Shown here in pieces: positions 1 through 13,154 of a stretch of 64,000 nucleotides of DNA (within the stretch, counting starts at the first letter, position 1; each line of letters begins with the position of its first letter). The notes under the pieces are model-generated. The model was not told the DNA's origin. It saw only the letters and a program-made list of their open reading frames with translations, and ran no database searches. Origin of the DNA: Torpedo marmorata (Eukaryota); contig OZ360231.1 in the NCBI GenBank assembly GCA_977017645.1, forward strand, positions 37,572,001-37,636,000, read 5' to 3'. The position numbers and the translations under genes were made by a program.

Positions 1-879
1 TTATCTGAAATTTGGAATGTAGGTTGATAGATATTGACCTACAATCTGCCCCAGGACTTTGAAATCATGTTGTGCACAAATTGTTTACTGTGTTCCCTAC
101 ATTTTAACAATGGCTAAACTTATTTTATTGAGAAATCCCAAAGTCCTGATGGGCTTGGAATAAACACAAGCTCTTTGATTAGCTTTGCTCAGCCACTTTA
201 CAAGATTCCAAGAGGCAGGGGGTCTTTTTCTTTTATACAGTGAGCAAAAACAACGTATCAGAAGAGGCCAGTGTGGGAACAATCAACAGTGGAAACAATT
301 GCATGGATCCCAAGAATACTTCGCAAATACACCCAGGGGGAATTTGAGGGAAGTTGGTAGCATTTCACAAAAATCGAACAGGAAGAATTTTTAGCTGTGA
401 ATGTGAAAAGCCGCACAAAGCCATACAAGTATAATAAAAAAAAATAACAGCCTGGAGGAATTGGGAGAAACAGAGAAAGTAACTGGGTTACAAGTGGCAT
501 TGAGAACATTAATACATTGAAAGAAGCCTTCAAGGCCGTACCTGATCATGTGACAAGTATTGCAGCATCATACATAGAGGACAGCATAATTCATTGTTAA
601 GGATAATCTAGTAATATGCCAAGTCTAGTTTATAACACTGATTCTATATCACAAATCCAATATGTTTTCAAACCCTACGCCACTAACTCGGTAATATAAT
701 TTGCAATGCAGACTGTGGTACCAATTCCAAACAATACCAGAAATAATCAAACTAAATTCAGCGAGACTACTTCAGCACCTTGCTCTGGGTTTGTACCCTC
801 TCAAGTTCTCAGGGGTATTTGCACCCTCCTCTTAGGACTCATCTGCCTCAGAAAGCAGATGGGCCCTGGGCTTAACTCG

Positions 880-1006
880 CAGACGTTTGCTACCGTAGAC
901 AGTATTACAATGAAGTGTTAACCTAGAGCATGTTCTCAGGTCCCAAGAGTGGGATTAGATCCCGAATTCATCTGACTCAGAAGCGAGAGGGCAACCTATT
1001 GAGTTG
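880..1006 (-). mobile_element. Degenerate tRNA-headed Deu-type SINE (SacSINE-like) 5' part
   Basis: Resembles the reverse complement of the tRNA-like head and Deu-like body seen at 51150-51480 and 44720-45110. Confidence 0.45.
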
Positions 1007-1461
1007 AGCAGCCTCTTGCATGAAGTACAAGAATTCATGTGAATTTGCAACAGCTAGTACATCTTAAAACATAAAATGAATTACAGGAAAGGGGTAATTA
1101 CATTGTATGCAAAAAGCAAAGATGGAATTGCACACCAGTCACAGGAGAACAAAATAATATTAAAAAAATACATTGAGGTGGAAACATAATGCAATTTAAG
1201 GTAGAGATCTTGATAATTTATACAAGTTGAGGGATTGCATGTGCATAATATATATACATATCCTCATGGCACCTCACATAATTACTTACTCTTGAACTGA
1301 AGTTTATAATAATGCAAGAAAATAAGGAGCCAATTCTGTTTATAACTAGCATATGACTAAGAACATTGGGCCAGAAGTTGTAGTCCCTCAGGCCAGTTCT
1401 GCTATTCCATTAAAGCATGGCTGTTAACTCCACCTAACCAGCTTGAATCTATAATAGGCTC

Positions 1462-1985
1462 ATAGAATTGTAAGAGTTATATAGCACACAAATAACCCCT
1501 TCATCCCCAACCCGTCCAAGATGCCGACCTGACCTAGTCCCATTTGCTTGCATTTGGCCAATATCCCTCTAAACCTTTCTTATCCATCTTTCCGTCCAAT
1601 TGCACTTTACCACTCACTCCATTTTCTCACCAACATCGCTGTGAAATGTTTGCCTCACAGGTCCCCTTTTAAGTCCTTCCCTTCTCACTCTAAACCGATG
1701 CCCTCGAATTTTAGACTACCCTACCATGGAAAAAAGACTGTGATCATTCACCTTACCTAAGCTCTCACAATTTTATTTTTGGTCATTTCTCAGCTTTATT
1801 CACTCCAGGGCAAACAGTCCCAGCCAATCCGGTCTCTTCTTACACCTCAATCCCTCCAGTCCAGGCAACATCCCTGCAAATCTTTTCTGCATCCTCTTTA
1901 GCTTAGTCACATCTTTCCTACAGTCTGGTGACCAGAACTGCACACGATACTCTGTCTTGTGCAGCTGTAACATAATGTCCCAATA
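1462..1985 (-). mobile_element. CR1 LINE 3' fragment
   Basis: The minus frame gives VQFWSPDCRKDVTKLKRMQKRFAGMLPGL, a CR1 ORF2 C-terminal motif, followed by CR1 3' UTR-like sequence. Confidence 0.8.
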
Positions 1986-2399
1986 CAGTTTGACCACAGT
2001 CATGACTAATCTTGTTATTTTGTTTTTACCATCCAGTTTTCTGTGAATGTTTAAATCCAAAACAGCGCGAGAGTCTTTTTTGCGATGCCTGGCTAGCACT
2101 TTATCTTGGTACATGGGACAATTAATGATAAATGATAAACTAAATCCTTCATTCCAGTTGTGATATTTTCATTTTGATGTTCCAGCTCTTTGCTGGTTAG
2201 AGTGAGTTTCAGATAGGCGCCAACTGTTTAACGTGAAGAAATGCTTTCTGGAATGGCCTGGTTCTCATTTTAAAATAATGTTTCTTTACAATGTCATTGA
2301 GTCATACAGCACAGAAAACAGCCCTCCAGGAGTGAAATAGGAACACGCTTCCTGCTGATGAATATCCAGGTCACATATTTTTGGCGGCACTGGTTAAGA

Positions 2400-2677
2400 G
2401 ATGAATGATGAATCAGAGACTCATTTAAGGACTCTTACTCGTGCACTTTATTGATTTTTCTTTGCTCTCTCTGTATTGCAATTCATTTTCATTTTCAGTT
2501 TCATTCGTTACCCGTTAGCAGTTCTTTTGATTGTTTACATGTTTCACGCTGTGTACAGTTTACTTTTTGCACTACCAATTAGTGGTAATTCTGCCGTGCC
2601 CGCAGGAAAAAGAATCTCAGGGTTGTATGTGACGTCATGTATGTACTCTGACAATAATTCTGAAATCTGAAATCTGA
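2400..2677 (+). mobile_element. LINE (Rex1/RTE-type) 3' UTR fragment ending in (tctgaaa)n tail
   Basis: A near-identical 3' end recurs at 57526-57648 (gcaggaaaaagaatctcagggttgtatgtga...tctgacaataa). It ends in a tandem tail. Confidence 0.65.
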
Positions 2678-3189
2678 TTCCGGGAGAATTTTCTGCTCAT
2701 ATTTAATTACTTGCAGTAAAATCCTTTGAGTCTCATTATGAAGGCATTATCACCTTCGATAATGTGGCAAGCCTGCATTGTGGTGTCAGCCTGCATCATA
2801 TGCGGACATCTTGGAGTGAGCCTGGAAACACAGCCTTCTGAGTCAAACAGGGAAGCTGTCTGATTCTCCTCCGTCATCTCCCCTGGAGGAAGATGCCATT
2901 TCCACCCTCATCAAATGACAGAGCAACGTGATCAATGGCCCCTCTATTGATAGAATGAACTATCTTTTAAGAGTTAACACTGGTGGTGGAGGTTGGCACA
3001 ATAGGGACATTTAAAAGACTCTTAGATAGGCACATGAATTAAGATAAATAAAGGGTGATAAGCTCTGAGGAAGGGACGGGTTGGATTGATGCTAGAATAA
3101 TTTTATATATGTCAGCATTGTGGGCAAAGGCACCAAGCCAAGTGTATGCAGAGGGATTTTGTCTATTTAAATATTAAATAGAGTTGTAG

Positions 3190-3470
3190 AGTCTAACGAG
3201 TAGAGCTGCTGCCTCACGAAGCCAGACGCATAAGTTCGATCCTGTGCTTGGGTGGGTAGTGCGTGGAGTTGGGATGATCTCCCTGTGGCTCCAGGTTCCC
3301 CCCACATCCCAATGACAGTCGGGTTGGTCGATGAATCGGCCATTGTAAATTGTCCCTGGTGTGTTGGTGATTGTTAGAATCTGGGGAGAAATTAAAATTG
3401 GGATTAATGTTGGTTCAATGTAAATGGAACGATGGGCTGAAGGTAATAATTCTGTGCTGTATCTCTCCAT
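3190..3470 (+). mobile_element. Old V-SINE (HE1-like)
   Basis: B-box-like gttcgatcc, a decayed V-domain (tggagttgg...ggttcccccacatccc) and a CR1-like tail. Confidence 0.6.
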
Positions 3471-3556
3471 CATTCTAGAAATGCCATCAAGGAACACTTA
3501 ATGCCAGGGATGATCTCTTGGATCCAGTGTTTCTTGATGGAATTCTTATGAAGAAT

Positions 3557-3955
3557 AAGATCAAGTTTGTTATCATCTCTCTTTACAAGTATAACCCAAC
3601 GAAACAGCATTCTCCGGTCCTTGGTGCAAAAACATGCAGACATACATTCAGACATAACACACATACAGACAAACGATACATATGCAGTACATTCTGTACA
3701 TACATATATATAAAATAAATAAATATTGTTTAATAAATAGTAGAGTCTCAGAGGGTTTGTATGAGCAGTTCATTCATGCGTTCAGAATTCTCACTGCCCG
3801 TTGGAAGAAGCTTTTTCTCAGCCTGATGGTCTGGCTGTGATACTCCTGTATCTCTTTCCTGACGGGAGTAGCTGAGAGATGCTGTGTGTGGAGTGGTAGG
3901 GGTCCTTACATATTTTGCAAACCCTCTTCAAACAACGATCCTGGTAGATCATGTT
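3557..3955 (-). mobile_element. Rex1/Babar LINE 3' end with UTR
   Basis: The minus strand resembles the Rex1 C-terminus (PYHSTHSISQLLPSGKRYRSI...FFQRAVRILN). Its UTR matches 5647-5785. Confidence 0.7.
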
Positions 3956-4419
3956 GGAGGGGGTGGGGGGGGGTGGGTGGGAGACCCAGTGTTGGTTTCA
4001 TATTTGAATTTAGTAAAATATTAAACTTACCAATGTGTATCATAAAAGCGTGAAAAACACAAGATTTTAAATGATCACATCATGAAATTTAAGACAGATG
4101 GCCAAAATACTGATGAAAGAGGTAATTTTTAAAGAGTATCTTTAGGAAATGGAGAGAGATTGAATGACATTGGAGGCATAATGACTAATGATGTACATTC
4201 GTGAATGATCAAGAGGAGATTTGAAGAGCAGTTTCATACAACTGTATTGGATACACTGGCCCAAAAATTCAAAGCTGTCATTTATGCCCCTTTTGAGCCT
4301 GTTCCAATTTAAATTTATCAGTACAATCTTTTATTCTCTTTATGCTGCCTAGCTTTTTTGTAAATCTTAGAAGGTAGATGACATACTTCCATTATTTGAG
4401 TCATAAAGTGATGAAGATA

Positions 4420-5950
4420 CAGAGCTATGTAACATGGAAATATGGCCTTTGGCCCAACTTGTTCATCCCACCCAAGTTGCCGTCTGAGCCATTTATCTGG
4501 ATTTGCCCCCTATTCCTCTAAACATGTCCTATCCACCTACCTGTCCAAAGTCTTTTAAAAGTTGTAATTGTACCTGTCTCCACCACCTCCTCTGGCGGTT
4601 CGTTCCATATACCCACCACCCTCTGTGTGAAAAAATAATGCCACTCACATCTCTTTTAAATCTTTCCCAGCTCATCTAAACCTCTGTCCTCTGGTTGTAG
4701 ACTCTCTATACCCTGGGGAAGGGGAACAAACTGTAACTATTCATCTTATCTATTCCCCTCATGGTTTTATATACTTCTATATGATCACCCCTCAGCGTTC
4801 TGAAAAGGTCATGGCCTATCCAGCCCCTCCTTATAATTTAAACTCTCCAGTCCTGCTAACATACATATATATAGCAAGTACATATCAGAATCAGAATCAG
4901 AATTTATTGTCATGAACAAGTCATGAAATTCGGTGTTTTGCGGCAGCATCATAGTGCAATTAACATTCATATTAACCATCTTACGACATTACTATAAAAA
5001 ATTATAAACAATAGTGAACGAAAAGTAAGGCAGTGTCTTTGGTTCATTGATTATTCAGGAATCTGATGGCAGCGGGGAAGAAGCTGTCCTTGTGCCGTTG
5101 AGTGCTCGTCTTTAGGCTCCTGTACCTTTTTCCCGATGGAAGCAGAGTGAAGAGGCATGGCCTGGGTGGTGGGGGTCTTGAGGATAGAGGCTGCTTTTTT
5201 AAGACACCGCCTCATGTAGATGTCCTTGATGGAGTGAAGTTTGGTGCCTGTGATGTCACAGGCCGAGTTAACAACCCTCTGGAGTTTACTCTTGTCCTGG
5301 GAGTTGGCGCCTCCATACCAGGCAGTGATGCAACCAGCCAGAATGCTCTCCACAGTACACCTGTAGAAGTTTACGAGAGTCTTCGGTGACATACCGAATC
5401 TCCTCAGACACCTCACAAAGTATAGCCGCTGGCGAGCCTTCTTTGTGATTGCATCAACGTGGATGCTCCAGGACAGATCCTCGGAGATGTTGACACCCAG
5501 GAATTTGAAGTTCTTGGCCCTCTCCACTACTGAGCCCTCAATGAGGACTAGGTTGTGTTCCCCTGACTTCCTCCTGAAGTCCACAATCATCTCCTTGGTT
5601 TTGCTGACGTTGAGCTCAAGGTTGTTGCCATTACACCATTCAATGAATACTTGTCCTGCATATGTATTGTTTGTCCGTATGTGTGTTACGACTGATTGTG
5701 TGTGTGCTTGCTTTGCACCGAGGACCGGAGAACACTGTTTTGTCGGTTTGTACTTGTCTAATCAGATGACATTAAACTTGACTTGAACATCCTCGTGAAT
5801 CTTTTATACACTTTTTCCAGTTTAATGACATCGTTCCTATAGCAAGGCAACCAGAACTGCACATAGTGTTCCAAGTGTTGCCTTACCCACGCCTTGTACA
5901 GCTGTGACATGATGTCCCAACTCCATTGCTCAATGCCCTGCCCGATGAAT
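4420..5950 (-). mobile_element. CR1 3' fragment interrupted at 4863-5785 by nested insertions
   Basis: CR1 sequence stops at ctgctAACAT (4862) and resumes at AACATcctcgtgaatc (5786). The downstream part encodes LEHYVQFWLPCYRNDVIKLEKV. Confidence 0.75.
4884..5646 (-). mobile_element. Rex1/Babar LINE, young 5'-truncated copy (family A)
   Basis: RT C-terminal ORF (IVDFRR...FKFLGVNISEDLSWS...KKARQRLYF) and an (atcaga)n tail. Nearly identical to 30205-31013. Confidence 0.9.
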
Positions 5951-7160
5951 GAATGATTATTACAGAGTACTGGCCCAAATTTTGGGAGTTGGTAAGCAGA
6001 CTGTTTGCCATCCATCACTTGCAGCAGAAAATTGTTTGAGCATGAAACAGCTGGCAACCCAGTGGAGCATATCTAACTGATTATTTTTCAATGTTATTTA
6101 GTTTTTATCAGCTGGGCCATGCAAAAGCTTTTGCCTCAGTCATACTCTGTTGCTGTAAGTTTTCGCAGGCCACAAATAAAATGATGTGCTCTCTCAAAAC
6201 ATCGCGACAACAAAATGTTTACCATCCAACCCTTACCCCATCGTAAGCACTGCAGCTAGGGGGAAAATAAAAATGTGGAGGAGAGATAATGTATGAGAGA
6301 GGTACAGAGCGGACTTGGTTCGACTGGAAGACCTGGCTGAGTGGGGATATGTTGAGGAACCCTATCATAATAGGAGAACGGATCATTTACTGTTAACATT
6401 TACAGGAAGGCTACACTATGAACCAACATACACTGTGACTCACTGCAACCAACAGCAGAGGACCTGCACAATTGCCAGATATATATGGGTGAAATATCCA
6501 TGGTCTGGTAGAAAATGTCACTGCTACATTTAGGAAACATTAGGTTGGGGCGGATTTTGTTTTCACGGTGTGCCCATACTTTAGATTTCTCTGTGCATGC
6601 TTAGATTTTGAAACACCCGCCCACAATATTGCTAGATGCACAAACTTATAGCGGTGCATTGAAGGAACCTGGGATAAACAGCATGTCTTCTTAGCCATTG
6701 TGGTTTATGGTTTGAGAAATAAACAAGATTGATGCGCAATGGTGAATTTAATGTCAAATCAAGTGCAGAAAGAAAGGAAGGTAAAGTAGAAGGAGATAAA
6801 TACAAAGAAAGAAATGTGAGATTTAAAAATTGATTCAAAATATGAAATAATTCCGAACTTAAAGGAATAGCACCCTACTTATAACAGTTGACTGACTGGC
6901 AATAAGTACATCACCGTGGGGATACTTAATGCTGCTCATTATTGGACTTAACACTCCGTAGCAAATTGAATTGGTAATTAGGAGGCAAATGTGGCAATTC
7001 CATGAAAATCATGCTTTTCCTGCTTTCAGAAGGTTAATGAGGGAACAAAACAAATAACCAGCCTGCTCCTGACTGCTGTTCATAATTCCCAGCCCTCACT
7101 CTATTGTGGTTCACTTTAATAACAGTGTGTATTATCCATGTGTTATTTTATCAATAATGA

Positions 7161-7422
7161 GAGGCGGCACGGTTGGCGTAGTGGTTAGCGCAACGCCTTT
7201 GCAGCACCAGCGATCGGGACCGGGGTTCGAATCCCGCGCTGTCTGTAAGGAGTTGCTACGTTCTCCCCGTGTCTGCGTGGGTTTTCCCCGGGGGCTCCGG
7301 TTTCCTCCCACCCTTCAAAATGTACCGGGGGTGTAGATTAATTGGGTGTAATTGGGCGGCACGGACTCGTGGGCCCAAAGGGCCTGTTACCGTGCTGTAT
7401 GTCTAAATTAAATTTAAATTTA
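7161..7422 (+). mobile_element. Young V-SINE, full length
   Basis: tRNA-like head (A box tggcgtagtgg, B box ggttcgaatcc), V-domain (ttctccccgtgtctgcgtgggtttt...ggtttcctccc), CR1-like 3' end and (aaattt)n tail. Confidence 0.9.
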
Positions 7423-8072
7423 AGTATGAAGTGCAGGAAGAACTGAAGTGTGATGGAGCAAGCCATTTAGGGGTTGGCTTCCCAATGAGAAATAAAGTTT
7501 ATAGAAGAGCTTTGGTGTCAAATTTTGGAAGGCAGCCAGGTGTTGCAACGCAACTCCAGAGTCTTGGGTTCGATCCTGACATTGGTTGTTGTCATTGCAG
7601 AGTGTGCACGATCTCCTCACATGTTCCTGCCAGGTTTTCTGGTTTCTCCCCAAATCCCAAAGATTTTGATGGGTAGCTTGGCTGCTGTAAATCACCCATT
7701 GTTTTGGAAAAGAGGGGAGTTAATGGCAATGTCAGAGAGAGCAAGTTGCAGGAATATAGGGAAATAAGGAGAGGGGGTATCGGGATTGATAGGATTTCTC
7801 TGCTGCACCTGATGTGCTTAACAGCCTCTTTCTGTATTTTAATTAGTAAATTAATCTTGTTTGCACAGCCAATTATAATCTTTCTTCAGGATTATCACAG
7901 ATATTGAGCTCTCCATTTCTTTAACAAGTTTTGTTTCTACCACCAACTGCAGAATCAATATTGTCAGCATTTAAACACCTCAGACCAGAATATTAATATA
8001 AAGCACATTAATTTTACTCCGCTGGGACTACAACCTTAAAAAAATGGAAAGTGGCTGAGCCTTAACATGCTA

Positions 8073-8274
8073 CAGTAAAATCCCTGTTATCTGGAATTCA
8101 AGCAAGCGGCAAAAAAAAAATCGCTGAAAATAAATAGGTAAAAAAATACGAAAGTTTAAAATTGGAGCCCCCTGGCAGTTATTTCGCCAATCCACGCAAT
8201 CTCAAGCAGCCAGAAAATTCACTTAGCTGGCATCTGCCAATCCCCATAGGTGCCGGATAGCAGGGGTTTTACTG
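8073..8274. mobile_element. Tc1/mariner (Tigger/pogo-like) MITE
   Basis: TIRs cagtaaaatccctgttatctgg / ccggatagcaggggttttactg, flanked by TA at 8071-72 and 8275-76. A partial second copy lies at 25166. Confidence 0.85.
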
Positions 8275-8569
8275 TATTTAGGAATTCCTCTTTTGCTGTT
8301 TGTGAGAATGTGTAAATGACACATGCCAGCAATGAATATCTGTGATCAAAATGCACTCTCCTCTAAGTATTTCCTTGATTCTTCAATTGATTTTGTTTTT
8401 CTTCCAACTTACTTGGGTAGGCCATGAATAATTCAATGTACAAATAGACTGTTTGGTGAAGCAACAATTTGTATCCAGATCTTGTGTCTGCTTTGCTTTG
8501 AGTTTTAACCAGAGCTTGTTGGGATTATCCAAATGGCCATGAAAACCTCCCAGTCATAACTAATTGGGA

Positions 8570-8745
8570 ATGTATGTAACCAATGTTTCGGGCCTGATCT
8601 TAACTCGATGAAGGGCTCAGGCCCGAAACGTTGGTTACATATCTTTTGCTACAAAAGGAATGCTGCGTGACCTGCTGAGTTTCCCCAGCACTTTTGTGTA
8701 TTGAACTACAATCAAAGCGTTTGCAAACTTTCTTGTTTAACACTA
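8570..8745 (+). mobile_element. Penelope-like terminal fragment with short 5' inversion and hammerhead-like motif
   Basis: Contains tcgatga-agggctcaggccc-gaaacgtt (8605-8632) and an inverted copy of the adjacent arm at 8572-8597. Flanking direct repeat ataactaattggga (8556) / ataattaactggga (8746). Confidence 0.75.
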
Positions 8746-8852
8746 ATAATTAACTGGGACCCTGCTTCCGAATGAATTCAAACCACAAGTTCTCAAAGTG
8801 GAATATTAACGGCTTCCAATTAATAGAAAAGGAATAGGCAGACACAGATCCA

Positions 8853-10950
8853 TCAAGTCAAGTCAAGTCAAGTCACCTTTATTTGTCGTTCATTACCATA
8901 TACACAGTAAGACAAGATAGCGTTTCTCCAGGACCATAGGCAGATGTACATAAATATCATAATACAATAGAAAAATCTATAGCATGCTAATACACATACA
9001 TATCTAGGAATTGAGGAGCCTGATGGCTTGGGGGAAAAAACTGTTGCACAGTCTGGACGTACGAGCCCGAGTGCTTCGGTACCTCCTTCCAGATGGCGAA
9101 GGGGAAAACAGTTTACCAAAGGGGTGTGAGAAGTCCTTCACAATGTTTTTAGCCTTCCTCATGCATCGTGTGTTGTAGATGTCTGTCATGGTGGGGAGAG
9201 ACACTCCAATAATTTTCTCCGCTGCCCTCACTATCCTCTGCAGGGTCTTTCGGTCCGAGGTGGTACAGTTACCAAACCAAGCGGTGATGCAATTGCTCAG
9301 AATACTCTCAATACATCCCCTGTAGAATGTAGTAAGGATAGGGGGTGGGAGATGGACTTTCCTCAGTCTTCGCAGGAAGTAAAGATGCTGCTGGGCTTTC
9401 TTGACTATGGAACTGGTGTTTAGGGACCAGCTGAGACTCTCCGCCAAGTGCACTCCAAGAAACTTGGTACTCTTTATGACCTCAACGGTAGAGCTGTCCA
9501 TGGTCAAAGGAGAATGATCTCCCCGGGCCCTTCTGAAGTCGACAACCAACTCTTTTGTTTTGTTTACGTTCAGCTGCAGGTTGTTGTTTCCGCACCATTC
9601 CATTAGCAACTGCATCTCATCTCTGTATGCTGACTCATCATTCTTACTGATAAGGCCCACCACGGTTGTATCATCAGCGAACTTTATGATGTGATTCGAG
9701 CTGTGGTTTGCTGCGCAGTCATGAGTCAGCAGGGTGAACAGCAATGGACTAAGCACACAGCCCTGGGGAGCCCCCGTGCTCAATGTAATGACCTTAGAAG
9801 TGCTGTTTCCAATCCGGACTGCCTGAGCTCTTCCCGTCAGGAAGTCTAGGATCCAATTACAGAGGGTGTAGTTTAGGCCCAGCCCCCTCAACTTCCCTAT
9901 CAGGTACTGAGGTATGATCGTGTTGAATGCCGAGCTGAAGTCAATAAACAGCATTCGAACATACGCGTCCTTAGTTTCCAGGTGGGTGAGGGCTAGGTGG
10001 GGGGTGGTAATGATGGCATCATCTGTGGAGCGGTTTGATCTATATGTGAACTGCAGGGGGTCCAGTGAGGGGAGCAGCAGAAGCTTGATGTGCCTCATGA
10101 CGAGTCTCTTGAAGCACTTCATGACGGTAGATGTGAGTGTGACAGGGCAGTCATTGAGGCAGGACACCATCGACTTCTTCGGCACGGGGATGATGGTAGC
10201 GGCTTTGAAGCACGTTGGAACCACAGCACTGGTCAGGGAGATGTTAAAGATGTCGGTGAGAACATCAGCCAGCTGAGCCGCACATCCCCTGAGCACTCTG
10301 CCGGGAATGTTATCTGGCCCAGCAGCTTTCTGTAGGTTAACCTTGCTTAACACTCTCCTAACGTCGGCCACTGTGAAACACAGCACCTGATCATTTGGAG
10401 GAGGGGTTGACTTCTTTGCCACTACATCATTTTTTTCCTCAAAACGCGCGTAGAAGTTGTTCAGTGCATCTGGGAGGGAGGCATCACCAGCACAGTCAGA
10501 TGGTGTAGTCTTGTGGTTAGTGATATCTTGAATGCCCTTCCACATGCGTCGCGTGTCCTTGCTGTCCTGAAAGTGACTCTGAATTCACTGGGCCTGTGCA
10601 CGCTTTGCCTCCCTGATGGCCTTAGACAGCTTGGCTCTTGAGATAGCTAGGGTTACCTTGTTGCCTGCACTGAAGGCAGAGTTTCGGCTCCTCAGCAGCA
10701 CACGCACCTCCGCAGTCATCCATGGCTTCTGATTAGAGCGAGTAATGATGGTCTTGGGCACAGTGACTTCGTCAGTACACTTACTAATGTAGCTAGTCAC
10801 CGATGCCGTATACTCCTCCAGGTTGATGCAGTCGCCATCGGTTGCTGCTTCCCCGAACATGTGCCAATCAGTACGCTCAAAGCAGTCCTGAAGTGCATTG
10901 GATGGCACCTGCTGGCCAGGTTTTAACCTGCTTCCGAACTGGTCTGCTCC
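8853..10950 (-). mobile_element. Rex1/Babar LINE, about 2.1 kb 5'-truncated copy with near-intact reverse transcriptase
   Basis: 513-aa ORF 9004-10545 with RT motifs ([27 protein letters not shown]). The upstream ORF 10585-10908 is in the same frame, separated by a single TGA. (ttgac)n tail at 8853-8875. Confidence 0.95.
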
Positions 10951-11104
10951 TTCTATCCTCCCATTTTAACAACACAGAATATATCAGTGGATGAAGTGCC
11001 TGCGGACTCCAGTGGACGTCTCATTGATAAATGTAAAAGGAGCCCTGTGACAAAAGTAGAGAAGGCATAATGCAATAGCATGCTAACTAACTGGTCATTC
11101 ACCA

Positions 11105-11462
11105 AGTTAAACAGGAAAGTCTGTAGATGCTGTGGTTACAGTGCAATGCACAAAAGTGCTGGAGAAACTCAACAGGTCATAACCAAAGTTACAGCCTGAG
11201 CACTTTTTCAAATTATAAGCAAAACACAGGTAGGTTCCTGAATAAAAAGGTGGGGGGAGGGGGGGGAGGAGAGGAGGGAGGAAGGGGCAAGGGGATGATT
11301 ACAGGCTAGCAAGTAAGAGGTGGGAGGGTAAAAGAGAAAAAGGCTGAGAAGTGATAAGGGGATGGGGTAGCTTTCTGAATGGAGAGGGAAGGGAAGGGGG
11401 TGGGGTACTGGAGGAAAGGAGAGAGAGGGATAGGGACACGGGGGGAGGGGTTTAATGGAAAC
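11105..11462 (-). mobile_element. Penelope-like 3' fragment (terminal unit + pyrimidine-rich UTR)
   Basis: Shares gtgctggagaaactca and the purine-rich tract with 47763-48377 and 50280-50815. Confidence 0.7.
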
Positions 11463-11464
11463 TG

Positions 11465-11748
11465 GAGTGTGCCCCTATTGTACCAGCCTCCACTACCACC
11501 CCCGGCATGTATTCCAGGCACCCACCACTTTGAATTAAAAAAACTTACTTCTGACATCTCCCCTCAACTTCCCTCCACTCCCCTTAAATCAATGTCCTCT
11601 GGTATTTGCTATTGTCGCCCCGGGAAAAAGGTGCTGGCTGTCCACCCTATCAAAGCCCCTCATCATCTTGTATTCCTCTATTATGTCACCTCTCATCCTT
11701 TGCTGCTCTAAAGAGAAAAGTCCTCGCTCTGTCAACGTTGCTTTGCAT
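11465..11748 (-). mobile_element. CR1 3' fragment
   Basis: CR1-type cccctattgtaccagcctccactaccacc...aggcacccaccac segment, repeated elsewhere in the window. Confidence 0.7.
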
Positions 11749-11840
11749 AAACAGTTTTGTATATTTTTTTATATACAAGGTAAAAGTGAATCAGGAAAAT
11801 CAAAGTTGTTTTAGTGGGTCTGGTTTGATGTACTAGTACT

Positions 11841-12108
11841 GGGCAGTACGGTTAGCGTGGCGGTTAGCTACAATTCTGTTACAGCGGCAGTGACCCGGGT
11901 TCGAATCCAGCGTTCTCTGTAAGGAATTTGTACATTCTCCCCGTGTCTGCATGGGTTTTCCCCGGGTACTCCGGTTTATTCCCATCCTCCAAAAATGTAC
12001 GGGGGTTGTAAGTCAATTGGGTGTAATTGGGCAGCATGGACTCGTGGGCCAGAAGGCCTTGTTATTGTGCTGTATGTCTAAATTTAAAATTTAAATTTAA
12101 AATTTAAA
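11841..12108 (+). mobile_element. V-SINE
   Basis: tRNA head (ggttcgaatcc), V-domain and (aaattt)n tail. Confidence 0.88.
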
Positions 12109-13154
12109 GTGTGACATATCACACCATATAGCATGATAAACTGCAAAGTGAAAACAGTGTTTTTTTCAACCCCCACCCACTGATTTCTGCCAAAGCCAAA
12201 AATAGAGGAATTGAAATAACATTGTCCACTTATATCTAACGTGTTTACATGAAGAGATGCCCAGCCGAATTCAATCCCAAACAACTATCCTGCTTCCAGA
12301 AGATGGGAACTAGCTCTTTGTGTCTTTCATTTCTTATTTCTTGTGATATAGATGTGCTCTTAATAGACTTACAAATATAATTTTGAATACAAGGTAAATA
12401 AGACCCAATTGTGTACTTTTAATATGACTTCAACAAGTGAATTTATAATTTTATCTTTAATTAAAAAATTGTGATTAAATAACAGATTTAATTTGGCAAA
12501 AGGCTGGACCAATATGTGATCTGGAATGAGCAATGGAAAGATATTGCTTGCAACAGAATAATTTAAAGATTCTTTATTAGATTTCTAGTTCATACAGAGT
12601 TTATGGGTTTTGAAATCTTCTTCATGAGGCTGTTCACTCTCGCTTTGTTATATTGTTTGGTTCACATAGCCAGCCTACAAAAGGGGCAGAGATTGTTCTG
12701 AATAAATTCCTGGCACGATTCTGTAAGCTGTACTGAGACTTTTTGCTCTATATATAGATAATCATAACCTCATGGGTTGTATCCCACTGAGGAAACCTTC
12801 GTGGGGCAGATGCAGAGTAACATTGCACCTACTTCTGCCACAGTCTCATGCGATAATTTCTGGATCTCAGAGAAAAAGACAGCAATGCACCTCTGAATCT
12901 GCCAGCCGTTGTCTTTGCCTCTCTGGCACACAGTTTATTTTGTTTATGCTGAGAATTAAGATGCATGAGCAGGGCTCTGCGACATATTTCAACATCTCTC
13001 ATTAATACAAAAGTGGTTTTGAATTTCAAGTTATCGGTCTGGATTGTTTAGAACTGGTGGCATTGGTCTGCTTAACTGAAAGCCCTTGACTTCTGCACTT
13101 GTGTGCACAAGCGCAGAATTAACCAATTGTTTGACTGGTTCAGCATGTTGGGTC

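Noticed and set aside
7161-7240. tRNA-like sequences with A and B boxes (also at other V-SINE heads)
   Set aside because: They continue directly into the V-domain and LINE-like tail, so they are SINE heads rather than tRNA genes.
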